From: Deltaproteobacteria bacterium
GTDB lineage: Bacteria; Desulfobacterota; Dissulfuribacteria; Dissulfuribacterales; QOAL01
NCBI GenBank assembly: GCA_027028245.1
Contig: JALVJO010000021.1
Location: forward strand, 7,639-71,638
Direction of reading: 5' to 3'
Length of the DNA stretch: 64,000 bases
Shown here: piece after piece, positions 18,263-27,703 of the stretch
Numbering within the stretch: position 1 is the stretch's first letter
How the letters are laid out: each line of letters begins with the position of its first letter
Position numbers and translations under genes: made by a program
The notes under the pieces: model-generated
The model's database searches: none
The model's input: the letters and a program-made list of their open reading frames with translations, nothing else
Told to the model about the DNA's origin: nothing

Positions 18263-20952
18263 GTTCAAAAACACAGAATTCAGAGGCTGCAGGGCAGGGA
18301 TCCAGGAAAAAGACACCCATGCTGAAGCAGTATCTTGAAATCAAGAGCCAGTACCCTGACTGCATACTTTTTTACAGGATGGGCGATTTTTACGAGATGT
18401 TTTTCGAAGATGCCGTAACCGCATCCAAAATCCTGGAAATAACCCTTACCTCCAGGGACAAGAAGAGTGAAGATCCTGTTCCCATGTGCGGAATTCCCTT
18501 CCATGCGGCAGCATCCTATATTTCCAGGCTTGTCAGGCAGGGCAAGCGTGTTGCCATATGCGAACAGGTGGAAGATCCCAGGAAATCCAAGGGGATCGTA
18601 AAGAGGGAGGTGGTAAGGGTGGTAACACCAGGCCTCATCAGCCTGGACGGCGGTCTTGACTCCAGGGAGAATAATTTTCTGGCCGCTGTGGCAGAGGGCC
18701 TTTCGGGCAAAAAACCTGCTGCTGCTTCCCTTGACATCTCCACAGGCGAGTTCAGGGTGACAAATGCCGAAAGCTGGAATGCACTGCTGGGAGAGCTCTT
18801 CCGCATACAGCCCAGGGAACTGCTGCTGCCCGAATACCTGAAGGGCACCGAACTTCTCGCCCGCATTGAACAGGCGCTTCCCCAGGCATATCTGAGCTGG
18901 CGCCCTGCCGACTGGTTTTTGCTGTCCAGGGCCGAGGAGATCCTGAAAGATCACTTCCAGGTGCTCACCCTTGACGGCTTCGGGCTCGGGAACATGCCTG
19001 AGGCTGTCTGTGCTGCCGGGGCACTCATATCATACTGCAGGGAGACCCAGAAAAAGGGTATAGATCACATTGGCAGCATCTATCCCTACAATCTGGAACA
19101 ATACCTCAGAATAGATGAAGCAACGGTCAGAAACCTTGAGCTCATCTCAAACAGTCTGGACGGCGGCACCCAGGACACACTGCTTTCCGTTCTGGATCGA
19201 ACTGTTACCGCCATGGGCGGAAGGCTTCTCAAGAAATGGATGCTTTATCCGCTGGTGACGGCTGAGCACATAAATGCCCGGCTTTCCTGCGTGGAAGACC
19301 TGGTAAACGCACCAGATATCCGGAGGGAGCTCAGACACCGGCTCAAGGATGTCTACGACATGGAACGGTTGCTGGGGAAGGTGTCCATGGAGACTGCCAA
19401 TGCCAGGGACCTTCTTGGCCTTAAATCCTCCCTGGCAGCCATTCCCGGGATCAGGTCCCTTGTGTCCAGGCTTCTTGCCGGCACTGGGAGGGATAATTCC
19501 CGTTTCCAAAAAATTCTGGATACCATGGATCCCCTGGAAGACCTCTGCAGCCTCATTGAATCTTCCATTCGCGATGACTGCCCTGCCCATATGCGTGAAG
19601 GTCATATTATCAAGAAAGGATTCAGTCAGGAACTGGATGAATTGCTGGAACTCCAGGAAAACGGCAGGCAGTTCATCGCCGGAATGGAGGCCAAGGAGCG
19701 GCAGCGTACCGGGATCAACAGCCTGAGAGTGGGCTACAACAGGGTTTTCGGCTATTTCATCGAGGTGCCGAAGACCCAAAACGAAAAGGTGCCTGAAGAA
19801 TACATAAGAAAACAAACCCTGGTCTCTGCAGAAAGGTACATAACCCCGGAGCTCAAGGAAATGGAGGTAAAGATACTGACGGCAGAGGAAAAACGGGTGC
19901 AGCTGGAACTCGAAATCTTTCAGGGGATCACCGGAAAAATCGCAGGTAAATCCTCGAGAATCCAGGCCACAGCCTCTGCGCTGGCTGAAACCGATGTTTT
20001 AGCTGCCCTTTCTGAGACGGCTGAAACCAACAATTACGTACGCCCTGGAATATCCCAGGGAACCTCCATTGAGATTGAAGGCGGCAGGCATCCTGTGGTG
20101 GAAAGGAATCTGCAGGATGATGCCTTTGTTCCAAATGATATCTCCCTGAACCATGATGACAGCCTGCTCATACTGATAACCGGCCCTAACATGGCGGGCA
20201 AATCCACCATTCTCAGGCAGACGGCCCTCATTGCGCTCATGGCACAGATGGGCAGCTTCGTTCCGGCCTCCAGGGCAGAGATAGGTATTGTTGACCAGAT
20301 ATTTACCCGGGTAGGGGCCACCGATTATCTTTCCCGGGGGCAGAGCACCTTCATGGTGGAGATGACAGAGACCGCCAATATTTTGAACAATGCCACTTCA
20401 AAGAGCCTGGTCATACTTGATGAGATAGGAAGGGGCACAAGTACCTACGATGGGCTTTCCATTGCCTGGGCAGTCTGCGAATATCTTCTTTTTAAGGAAG
20501 GAACAGGGATAAAAACCATGTTCGCCACCCATTACCACGAACTTACTGCCCTTGGGAAGCAGCACAAAAAGGTAAAAAACATGCACGTGGAGGTGAAAGA
20601 ACACGAAAACAGGATATATTTTCTGCATAGTCTGAAGGAAGGAGCCACCAGCAAGAGTTATGGAATACAGGTTGCAGCACTGGCTGGTGTCCCTGAAGAA
20701 GTGATAGAAAATGCACGGTCCATATTAAGGGAAATTGAACAAAAAAATTCGCACAAAAAGACTCATGTGCCTTCTGCAGCAATAGGAAGCACTGATTACA
20801 AGGTCGTAATCCAAAAGACATTGCCGCTTGCTGTTGACAACTCGGATTCCATAAGAGAAAAGTTGTTGGGTCTGGACATTAATAAAACCACTCCCCTTGA
20901 GGCATTGAATATCTTGGATAAACTCTGCAGACAGGCCAGGAAAGAACACTGA
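18259..20952 (+). CDS. mutS: DNA mismatch repair protein MutS
   Basis: TPMLKQYLEIK, GDFYEMF, Walker A GPNMAGKST and DEIGRGTSTYDG. The GTG start overlaps the engB stop. Confidence 0.96.
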   Translation: MSSKTQNSEAAGQGSRKKTPMLKQYLEIKSQYPDCILFYRMGDFYEMFFEDAVTASKILEITLTSRDKKSEDPVPMCGIPFHAAASYISRLVRQGKRVAICEQVEDPRKSKGIVKREVVRVVTPGLISLDGGLDSRENNFLAAVAEGLSGKKPAAASLDISTGEFRVTNAESWNALLGELFRIQPRELLLPEYLKGTELLARIEQALPQAYLSWRPADWFLLSRAEEILKDHFQVLTLDGFGLGNMPEAVCAAGALISYCRETQKKGIDHIGSIYPYNLEQYLRIDEATVRNLELISNSLDGGTQDTLLSVLDRTVTAMGGRLLKKWMLYPLVTAEHINARLSCVEDLVNAPDIRRELRHRLKDVYDMERLLGKVSMETANARDLLGLKSSLAAIPGIRSLVSRLLAGTGRDNSRFQKILDTMDPLEDLCSLIESSIRDDCPAHMREGHIIKKGFSQELDELLELQENGRQFIAGMEAKERQRTGINSLRVGYNRVFGYFIEVPKTQNEKVPEEYIRKQTLVSAERYITPELKEMEVKILTAEEKRVQLELEIFQGITGKIAGKSSRIQATASALAETDVLAALSETAETNNYVRPGISQGTSIEIEGGRHPVVERNLQDDAFVPNDISLNHDDSLLILITGPNMAGKSTILRQTALIALMAQMGSFVPASRAEIGIVDQIFTRVGATDYLSRGQSTFMVEMTETANILNNATSKSLVILDEIGRGTSTYDGLSIAWAVCEYLLFKEGTGIKTMFATHYHELTALGKQHKKVKNMHVEVKEHENRIYFLHSLKEGATSKSYGIQVAALAGVPEEVIENARSILREIEQKNSHKKTHVPSAAIGSTDYKVVIQKTLPLAVDNSDSIREKLLGLDINKTTPLEALNILDKLCRQARKEH

Positions 20953-21047
20953 TAGCATTAATTACTCCCCAAAAAAAGAAATGGAGGGATTTCCTGCTCC
21001 TGGGAACCTTTTCATTCATCTTCATCCTGACTTGGCTGATACTGCCG

Positions 21048-22754
21048 GTGGTCCCCTGTCATAGTGCCCAAAGCCCTGCGGAACAGCGATATATGGCCGC
21101 CAAGCAGGGTTATGACCGCCTTGCCTCCAGTGCTCCACTGCGAAAACGCCGGGAAAACTGGATTAATGTAATCAACGGTTTCAGGAAGGTGTACCTGGCA
21201 TATCCGGATGACAAGGACATCGCGCCAAAGGCCCTTTTCATGATGGGGCGCTGCTATAATGAACTATATGGCTATTCCAGGAGGCATTCCGATATTCAGG
21301 AAGCCCTGGAGCGTTACCAGGTGCTTACCGAGCGTTTCCCGGACAGCAGGCTGGCCGATGATGCCCTTTATGAGATAGGACAGATTTACAAGAGAACAGG
21401 CCGGCCCAGTAGTGCAATCAAGGCATGGAAGGAACTGGTGAGAAAATACCCTCACGGCAGCCATGCCGGCCTGGCCAAACACAAACTTTCGACAATGGGG
21501 GTAAAACTTGCAAAGCAGACCCCGGGCAGGCCATCTTCCCCAAAAAGCCAGTCCGAAAAGAAGAAGGCTGTTCAAAAGAACGGCCGTGCAGAAAAGGCAA
21601 CAGATTCACACCCAGCCATTATCCGCGACATAAAATACTGGTCTGATGAGGACTATACCAGGGTGGTCATTCATTCTTCAAAGCCGGTATCCATAAAAAA
21701 GGGGGTACTGCCTGCCAATAAAAGACTGCACCTGCCCAAGCGGTTCTATCTGGATCTTTCTCCTGCCTATAAAAAAATCGGCTTGAAGGAATATATAAAA
21801 ATCAACAACAGCCTGCTGAAATCAGTCCGGATTGCGCAGTATGCACCAAAAACGGTGCGTGTTGTATTCGATCTTGAAAAGACGGAAAAGACCAAGATTT
21901 TCTATCTCAGGGATCCGTTTCGTATAGTTGCAGATGCCTTTGGTTCACATTATTCCAAAAGGGCAAGCTGCCAGGTTAAGACCTCTAAAAAGGCCTCCAG
22001 GGGTTCTGCTGCCAAAAAAGGCGGCAGTTCCGGTAAAAGGCTTTCCCTTGCGCAGCAGCTGGGGCTTTGCGTAAGAACCATCGTTATTGACGCCGGCCAT
22101 GGGGGGAAAGATCCAGGTGCCAGGGGACCGACGGGCCTTAAGGAAAAGAACGTGGTTCTCAAGATTGCAAAGCGGCTGGCAAAGAGGCTTAAAAGGGATC
22201 TAGGCTGCCGGGTTATCCTTACCAGAAAATCGGACAGGTATCTTCCCCTTACCCAGCGCACGGCCATAGCAAATGCCAGTAAGGCTGATCTGTTTGTTTC
22301 CATTCATGCCAATGCTGCGCCTACCAGAAGGCTCAGGGGCGTGGAAACGTATTTCCTGAACTTTGCACTCGATGCCGATGCCATGCGGGTTGCCGCCAGG
22401 GAAAATGCCACATCTGAAAAACGCATCAGCGAGCTCAAAAGCATCCTCAATGACATCATGAAAAACAGCAAGGTAAACGAGTCGTCAAGGCTTGCACGAA
22501 AAATCCAGTACAGCCTGGTAGGCACCCTTAAAAGCCATTACAGAAATATCAGGAATCTGGGAGTGAAACAGGCGCCCTTTTTTGTGCTGATAGGCGCCCG
22601 CATGCCCTCGGTACTGGTGGAGGTTTCCTTTATCAGCAACAGGGAAGAAGAAAGGAGGCTGAAATCACCCGCCTATCTTGATACCATCGCAGCCGGCATA
22701 TCAAGGGGCATAGAAAGATACATCAGAGAGACCAGCATGGCCTACGCAAGGTAG
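21048..22754 (+). CDS. amiC: N-acetylmuramoyl-L-alanine amidase (AmiC-like) with N-terminal TPR/YbgF-like and AMIN domains
   Basis: Amidase_3 core IVIDAGHGGKDPGA...FVSIHANA...APFFVL. The true start is probably upstream of 21048 (see finding). Confidence 0.88.
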   Translation: MVPCHSAQSPAEQRYMAAKQGYDRLASSAPLRKRRENWINVINGFRKVYLAYPDDKDIAPKALFMMGRCYNELYGYSRRHSDIQEALERYQVLTERFPDSRLADDALYEIGQIYKRTGRPSSAIKAWKELVRKYPHGSHAGLAKHKLSTMGVKLAKQTPGRPSSPKSQSEKKKAVQKNGRAEKATDSHPAIIRDIKYWSDEDYTRVVIHSSKPVSIKKGVLPANKRLHLPKRFYLDLSPAYKKIGLKEYIKINNSLLKSVRIAQYAPKTVRVVFDLEKTEKTKIFYLRDPFRIVADAFGSHYSKRASCQVKTSKKASRGSAAKKGGSSGKRLSLAQQLGLCVRTIVIDAGHGGKDPGARGPTGLKEKNVVLKIAKRLAKRLKRDLGCRVILTRKSDRYLPLTQRTAIANASKADLFVSIHANAAPTRRLRGVETYFLNFALDADAMRVAARENATSEKRISELKSILNDIMKNSKVNESSRLARKIQYSLVGTLKSHYRNIRNLGVKQAPFFVLIGARMPSVLVEVSFISNREEERRLKSPAYLDTIAAGISRGIERYIRETSMAYAR

Positions 22755-22777
22755 TTTTCGAACCTGCGTGCGCGCGC

Positions 22778-25657
22778 CTAAGCGCACTTTTTCTCCAAGA
22801 CCTCCTTTACGCTTCTAAGAAGCTCGCTGATTCTGAAGGGCTTTTTCACAACCTGGATATTTCTGCAGGATTTTCCTGCAAAACAGTCGGGAAGATCCCC
22901 TTCATCCATTATAAAAAGCACGGGCAGGGAGCCGGCCTTTCCGCTGACTGCCTGAAATAAACCCAGGCAGTCCCGTCCAGCCAGGGCGGCATCCATTATC
23001 ACCATACTGAAGCTGCCACTGGAATTTCCAAGAACAGCCATGGCCTCGCCATCATCCCGGACCCTCAGCACCTGGTAATTGTTTTCCTGAAGGGCCTCTG
23101 CTATTACGGAACTTATTGTATCCTCGTCTTCTACAAGAAGTATTCTTTCACCGCCGCCCTCCCTTTTCCGTTCACTTTGTTCCTTCAGGAAGAAGGCAGC
23201 AGCAAGGCTTGCCGGAAAGTATATTTCAAAGGAAGATCCTTGTCCGGGCCGGCTTCTTACCTGAATGGTTCCATCAAACTGCCTCACTATGCCGTAAACC
23301 ACAGAGAGGCCGAGACCTGTTCCGGCACCGACATCCTTTGTTGTGAAAAAGGGATCAAAAATGTGCTGGAGCGTACGGCCGTCCATGCCCATGCCGGTAT
23401 CCGAGACGGTAAGCATTACGTAGCGGCCCGGGGCAAGATCATCCATTTTATCCTTTAGATAGACATTCTTGGTTTTTATGTACAGGATACCCCCGTGAGG
23501 CATTGCATCTGCCGCATTAACCACCAGATTCATTATCACCTGGTCTATTGCCTCGGAATCTGCCCTGATGCGCCAGGGATAATCCTCTAGTTCAATCACC
23601 AGATCTATGTTTTCAGTCAGCATGCCCCTGATCATCTTGGCCATCCTGGAGATGGATTCATTCAAATCGATCCGGGAAACCCGAAAGGTCTCGCGCCTGC
23701 TGAAAAGAAGGAGCTGCTGGACTAGGTCTGATGCGCGGGAAACAGAATACTGGATCTTTTGAAGATATCTTGCCACCATGCCTGCATCCCCCCGTTTTGA
23801 TCGCATAAGATCGAGGTTGACCTGGATAGCAGCAAGGATGTTGTTGAAATCATGGGCAATTCCTCCTGCAAGCACGCCCACGGATTCCATCTTCTGGGCA
23901 TGAAGAAGCTGGGCCTCGAGATTTGCCTCCCTGGTTATATCTTTCTTTACAGCGACAAAACGGTTTATGCTGCCGTCGTCGTTTTTGACTGGGAATATGG
24001 TGGTTTCATCCTGGACAAGACTGCCGTCTTTCTTCCTGTTGGTAAATCTTCCTCTCCATACCCTGCCGGCCTTGATGGTCTCCCACAGGTTCTTGTAAAA
24101 AGCCTCATCATGTGTGCCGCTCTTAAGGATTGAAGGAGACCTGCCAAGGACATCTTCCCGGCTGTAACCAGTAACGGCTGTAAATGCCGAGTTTACATAT
24201 TCTATCCTGCCGCGTGCATCTGTAATCATTACTGCCTCTGCAGCCTGTTCTATGGCCGCTGCCAAAACCCTGAGCCTTTTCTCTGCCTTTCTTCTCTGCC
24301 TGACCTCGCACTTTAACCTGCTGACAAAATCCCTGTTGTGGACAAGCTTCATAAACAGCAGGAAATAGATGAGTCCCAAGATAAGAAAAAGCAGGAGCAG
24401 TTCAAGGCGGTAGGAAAGATGACTGCTCAGTGGGTAAAATCTGGCCACGCTCACGGATTGCCCGTAGATTGGAAGGTTTACGAGCTTATAAAGCCTGCCG
24501 TCTGGAAAGCGGTACAGCCCTTTACCCAGGGCCTTGAGCCCCAATGAACGGGGATGGCTCGTCCCCAGTATCTTCTGCCTGTTGAGATACGATACGGTCC
24601 TTGGGGTCATTTTGCCTATAAGCCCCCCGGAAAACCGCTCTGGCCCGTAAAGGATGATGCCTGGTTTCACCATGAGGAGTATTTCGCTTCTTTTGAAATC
24701 CCGTCCCAGGACCTTGTCTATGTCCATCTTCATTACCAGGACACCCTGTATCTTTTTTTTCTTTATTACAGGCCGGGCAAAATAGATGCCTTCCACGCCG
24801 GTTGTAACGCCCTTTCCCAGGAACACATTGGAACGCCCCCTGAGTGCAAGCTGGAAATAGGGTCTGAAACCGTAATTTTTGCCGATAAATGCCGGCGCAG
24901 ATGACGATACAACATTCCCGGATTTATCCATGGCATAGACTGCCGAAGCCCCCAGAATCTTGGCCCAGGATTTTAATTCATGGGCTGTATTTCCTGCCTG
25001 GAAAAGCTTTTCTATGCCGGGCTGGACTGCGAGCAATTTAATCTCGGCCCTGCCGCGGCGCTCCATGTCGTAAAAAATCTTTTGATAGGTCTTTAGAGAT
25101 GCATATTCATCCGAAAGTCCATCCTGGAACTGAACCCTGTCAATCTTATAAAGAAAGATAGAAGAAACCCCGGAAATTATGAGAAAAAACACGATACCGG
25201 CCCAGGCTCTGAGGGTTATTCCAGGGAATCCGAAGAACAATTTGAGTGCAGTAAGGCATGCTGCTGCCAAAACACCTGTCTGGACCAGATAAAGCCACAC
25301 AACCTGGTTGGAAACCAGGACAACTTCCAGGAAAAAAGGCAGGGCAAGAGTAATCAGCAAGGTGGTCCAGGCGATCATGCTCCTGTAGCTGAGTGCCATG
25401 ATGGCAATTCCCAGAACTGTAAAACAGGCCACATAGAAAAAATGGACTCCTGGTGCCTGGCACCAGTTGCCGAAACAGGGAAGGCAGTGGTAGGAGAACT
25501 TGATTATCCCTGTCGAGGTGAAAATGAGGGTCAGGAGAAGAAAAAGCCTTCCTGTCCTGGCCTTGCTGAAAAGCCTTCCCGCGGACATGATCACTCCAAG
25601 CCCCAGGAAGAGGATGGAGGAAATAGTATTTAGGAGTTGAAGCTCGAAGGGATTCAC
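22778..25657 (-). CDS. Hybrid sensor histidine kinase (multi-TM + Cache-like + PAS + HisKA/HATPase + receiver)
   Basis: About 6 N-terminal hydrophobic helices. Periplasmic GKNYGFRPYF segment, PAS (ITDARGRIEYVNSAFTAVTGY), H-box GGIAHDFNNIL, DTGMGM/GTGLGLS and receiver ILLVEDED...VIMD. Confidence 0.9.
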   Translation of the reverse strand: MNPFELQLLNTISSILFLGLGVIMSAGRLFSKARTGRLFLLLTLIFTSTGIIKFSYHCLPCFGNWCQAPGVHFFYVACFTVLGIAIMALSYRSMIAWTTLLITLALPFFLEVVLVSNQVVWLYLVQTGVLAAACLTALKLFFGFPGITLRAWAGIVFFLIISGVSSIFLYKIDRVQFQDGLSDEYASLKTYQKIFYDMERRGRAEIKLLAVQPGIEKLFQAGNTAHELKSWAKILGASAVYAMDKSGNVVSSSAPAFIGKNYGFRPYFQLALRGRSNVFLGKGVTTGVEGIYFARPVIKKKKIQGVLVMKMDIDKVLGRDFKRSEILLMVKPGIILYGPERFSGGLIGKMTPRTVSYLNRQKILGTSHPRSLGLKALGKGLYRFPDGRLYKLVNLPIYGQSVSVARFYPLSSHLSYRLELLLLFLILGLIYFLLFMKLVHNRDFVSRLKCEVRQRRKAEKRLRVLAAAIEQAAEAVMITDARGRIEYVNSAFTAVTGYSREDVLGRSPSILKSGTHDEAFYKNLWETIKAGRVWRGRFTNRKKDGSLVQDETTIFPVKNDDGSINRFVAVKKDITREANLEAQLLHAQKMESVGVLAGGIAHDFNNILAAIQVNLDLMRSKRGDAGMVARYLQKIQYSVSRASDLVQQLLLFSRRETFRVSRIDLNESISRMAKMIRGMLTENIDLVIELEDYPWRIRADSEAIDQVIMNLVVNAADAMPHGGILYIKTKNVYLKDKMDDLAPGRYVMLTVSDTGMGMDGRTLQHIFDPFFTTKDVGAGTGLGLSVVYGIVRQFDGTIQVRSRPGQGSSFEIYFPASLAAAFFLKEQSERKREGGGERILLVEDEDTISSVIAEALQENNYQVLRVRDDGEAMAVLGNSSGSFSMVIMDAALAGRDCLGLFQAVSGKAGSLPVLFIMDEGDLPDCFAGKSCRNIQVVKKPFRISELLRSVKEVLEKKCA

Positions 25658-25661
25658 AGAA

Positions 25662-26696
25662 TCACAAGAATTCGTCCACCATGTTCAAGACCTGGTCATC
25701 CAGTTTAAGCAAGAGTTCCTCCATTCTTTTTTTGTTTATTATGATTTCATATCTCATGGCATTTTCCACCGGCAGATCCTCGATGGGAAAGCCCTCGAGG
25801 AGCATAACTGCCTGTCTGCCCGCCTGGTAGCCCATGTGCATGAAATCCACGCTGACACCGCCGAAAAATCCCGCCCTGGTAAAGGCCCTGTTGATGGCAA
25901 GATCAATTTTTTTTGCCCTGCTGGTGAGAACAGGTGCCAAATCCGCTATGGTCTTTCTGCGGCCGTCTCTGCCTCCAGGCAAGGACATAGTATCAGGTAT
26001 GTAGGCGACTATTTCCGGATCCTCATTGATACTGTCTACCGCTTTTAGGAGCTCCTTCAAATCAGAAACCGGGAACAATCTCAACTCATTGGAAAAACAG
26101 GTCTTCGCGAGTTCGGCCTTGACCTGTTCTTTTAAGATTTCACCCATGAAATCTGTAGAATACAAAAGGGCTACCTGACCCTTTTTCTTTAGGATCATTT
26201 GCAAAAATTCCATTTGATCCCTGAGGAAAAGGTATTCATACACCCCGGTTATATTACTGGTAGGCCTGCGGCCATTAAGAAAGGAAAACTTGCGGTTGTA
26301 AAAGGCTAGAGACCTGTTCAGGCCGGAAAAGACCACATACATGCTGTCCTTTCCTGCAAACCTGCACCCTACGCGGTAAAATGCCAGGTCATCCAGGGTC
26401 ACAATTACCTTGGGGTGCAGATTTTCAACGAGGGCAACGGCTTCTTTAACCCGATGCCGGACCCTTTCAGGTGGGAGTCTTTTGGAATCAAGAAAGATGC
26501 TTCTGACCGGGATGGTCCTGTACTTGCTTTCCTCAATTGCCTGGATAACGCCGAGATACTGGGGCCTGCCGCAGAGGTCGTCTTGGGCATAACTGGATAT
26601 TATCATTACCATTTCCTGGGCATGGAGAGCGTGAGAAGGCAAAAGAAGAAGCCAAAACAGAAAAACGGGAAACCCAAAAAGGCCTTTGCAGGTCAT
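25662..26696 (-). CDS. Periplasmic ABC-type substrate-binding-fold protein (PF04392-like), probable ligand-sensing partner of the kinase
   Basis: Signal peptide FPVFLFWLLLLPSHALHA. Type-I periplasmic-binding-fold-like sequence. Its stop lies 4 nt before the kinase start. The track start is 26741; ATG 26696 precedes the signal peptide. Confidence 0.65.
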   Translation of the reverse strand: MTCKGLFGFPVFLFWLLLLPSHALHAQEMVMIISSYAQDDLCGRPQYLGVIQAIEESKYRTIPVRSIFLDSKRLPPERVRHRVKEAVALVENLHPKVIVTLDDLAFYRVGCRFAGKDSMYVVFSGLNRSLAFYNRKFSFLNGRRPTSNITGVYEYLFLRDQMEFLQMILKKKGQVALLYSTDFMGEILKEQVKAELAKTCFSNELRLFPVSDLKELLKAVDSINEDPEIVAYIPDTMSLPGGRDGRRKTIADLAPVLTSRAKKIDLAINRAFTRAGFFGGVSVDFMHMGYQAGRQAVMLLEGFPIEDLPVENAMRYEIIINKKRMEELLLKLDDQVLNMVDEFL

Positions 26697-26815
26697 CACT
26701 TCAACAAGAAATCCTTTGCAGTCAGGAAACAATCTGCACATGGAGATTTACATTAATATACTCTTTAAACCAAGACGAAATAATTGTCCACGAACAAATA
26801 TGTTTGATCAAAAAA

Positions 26816-27703
26816 TCAGGCTGCTACGCTATTGTCCAGTTTTCTCTTGATCTTTTGCACTATTAAGTCCTTCTGGCTTGCCCATGAGGGTGCAACCAGT
26901 TCTCCTGGTGCAGGGTCCCCGGTAAGCCGATGAATAACCGTGTCTTCCGGCAGCAGCCGTATGGCATCGGCCACGGCTGCTGCATATTCATCAAGGGAGA
27001 TGGGCTGATACAAGCCGTCTGCAAAAAGTTTGTGAAGAGGGCTGTCTTTCACCACGTAAAGCTGGTGAAACTTGACTCCTTCAATGCCGAGTTCCCTGAC
27101 AAGAGCAGCTGTCTTCAGCATATGCCTGCGCGTCTCTCCAGGCAGTCCGAATATGACGTGCGCACAAACCAGGAACGGGAATTGCCTGGTAAGCCTTACC
27201 GTGTCGATAAAATCCTGTACGCTGTGGCCCCTGTTTATTCTTTTCAATGTCTGGTCCGAGGCGCTTTGAAGGCCGTATTCCATCCAGATCATCCTGCTGC
27301 CGAATATCCTGCCTATTAGTTCCAGCCTTTTTCTATCTACGCAGTCGGGTCTTGTTCCTATGGCTGCGCCTACTATTTCCGGAAACTCTGCTGCCTGACC
27401 AAAGATTTCTTCCAGCTTTTCGAGGGATGCAAAGGTATTTGAATATGACTGAAAGTAGGCGATAAAGGCCCTGGCCTTGTAGCGCCTGGCTGCCCACTCC
27501 ATGCCGCGAATCAGTTGTTCCCTTATACTCATCCCCCTGGCAAATGCTCCTGTCCCAGAACCCTGTTGATTGCAGTATATGCAGCCTCCCTGTTTTGAAT
27601 GGGGATCACGGTTGGGGCATGAAAGTCCTGCATCCAGGGGAATTTTTTGTACCCTGCACCCGAATTGGCGCCTGAGAAACTGGTTAAGAGTCAGAAAGCT
27701 CAT
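26816..27703 (-). CDS. Radical SAM protein, TIGR01212 (YhcC-like) family
   Basis: KIPLDAGLSCPNRD...GGCIYCN cluster motif and family-typical length (295 aa). Confidence 0.85.
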   Translation of the reverse strand: MSFLTLNQFLRRQFGCRVQKIPLDAGLSCPNRDPHSKQGGCIYCNQQGSGTGAFARGMSIREQLIRGMEWAARRYKARAFIAYFQSYSNTFASLEKLEEIFGQAAEFPEIVGAAIGTRPDCVDRKRLELIGRIFGSRMIWMEYGLQSASDQTLKRINRGHSVQDFIDTVRLTRQFPFLVCAHVIFGLPGETRRHMLKTAALVRELGIEGVKFHQLYVVKDSPLHKLFADGLYQPISLDEYAAAVADAIRLLPEDTVIHRLTGDPAPGELVAPSWASQKDLIVQKIKRKLDNSVAA

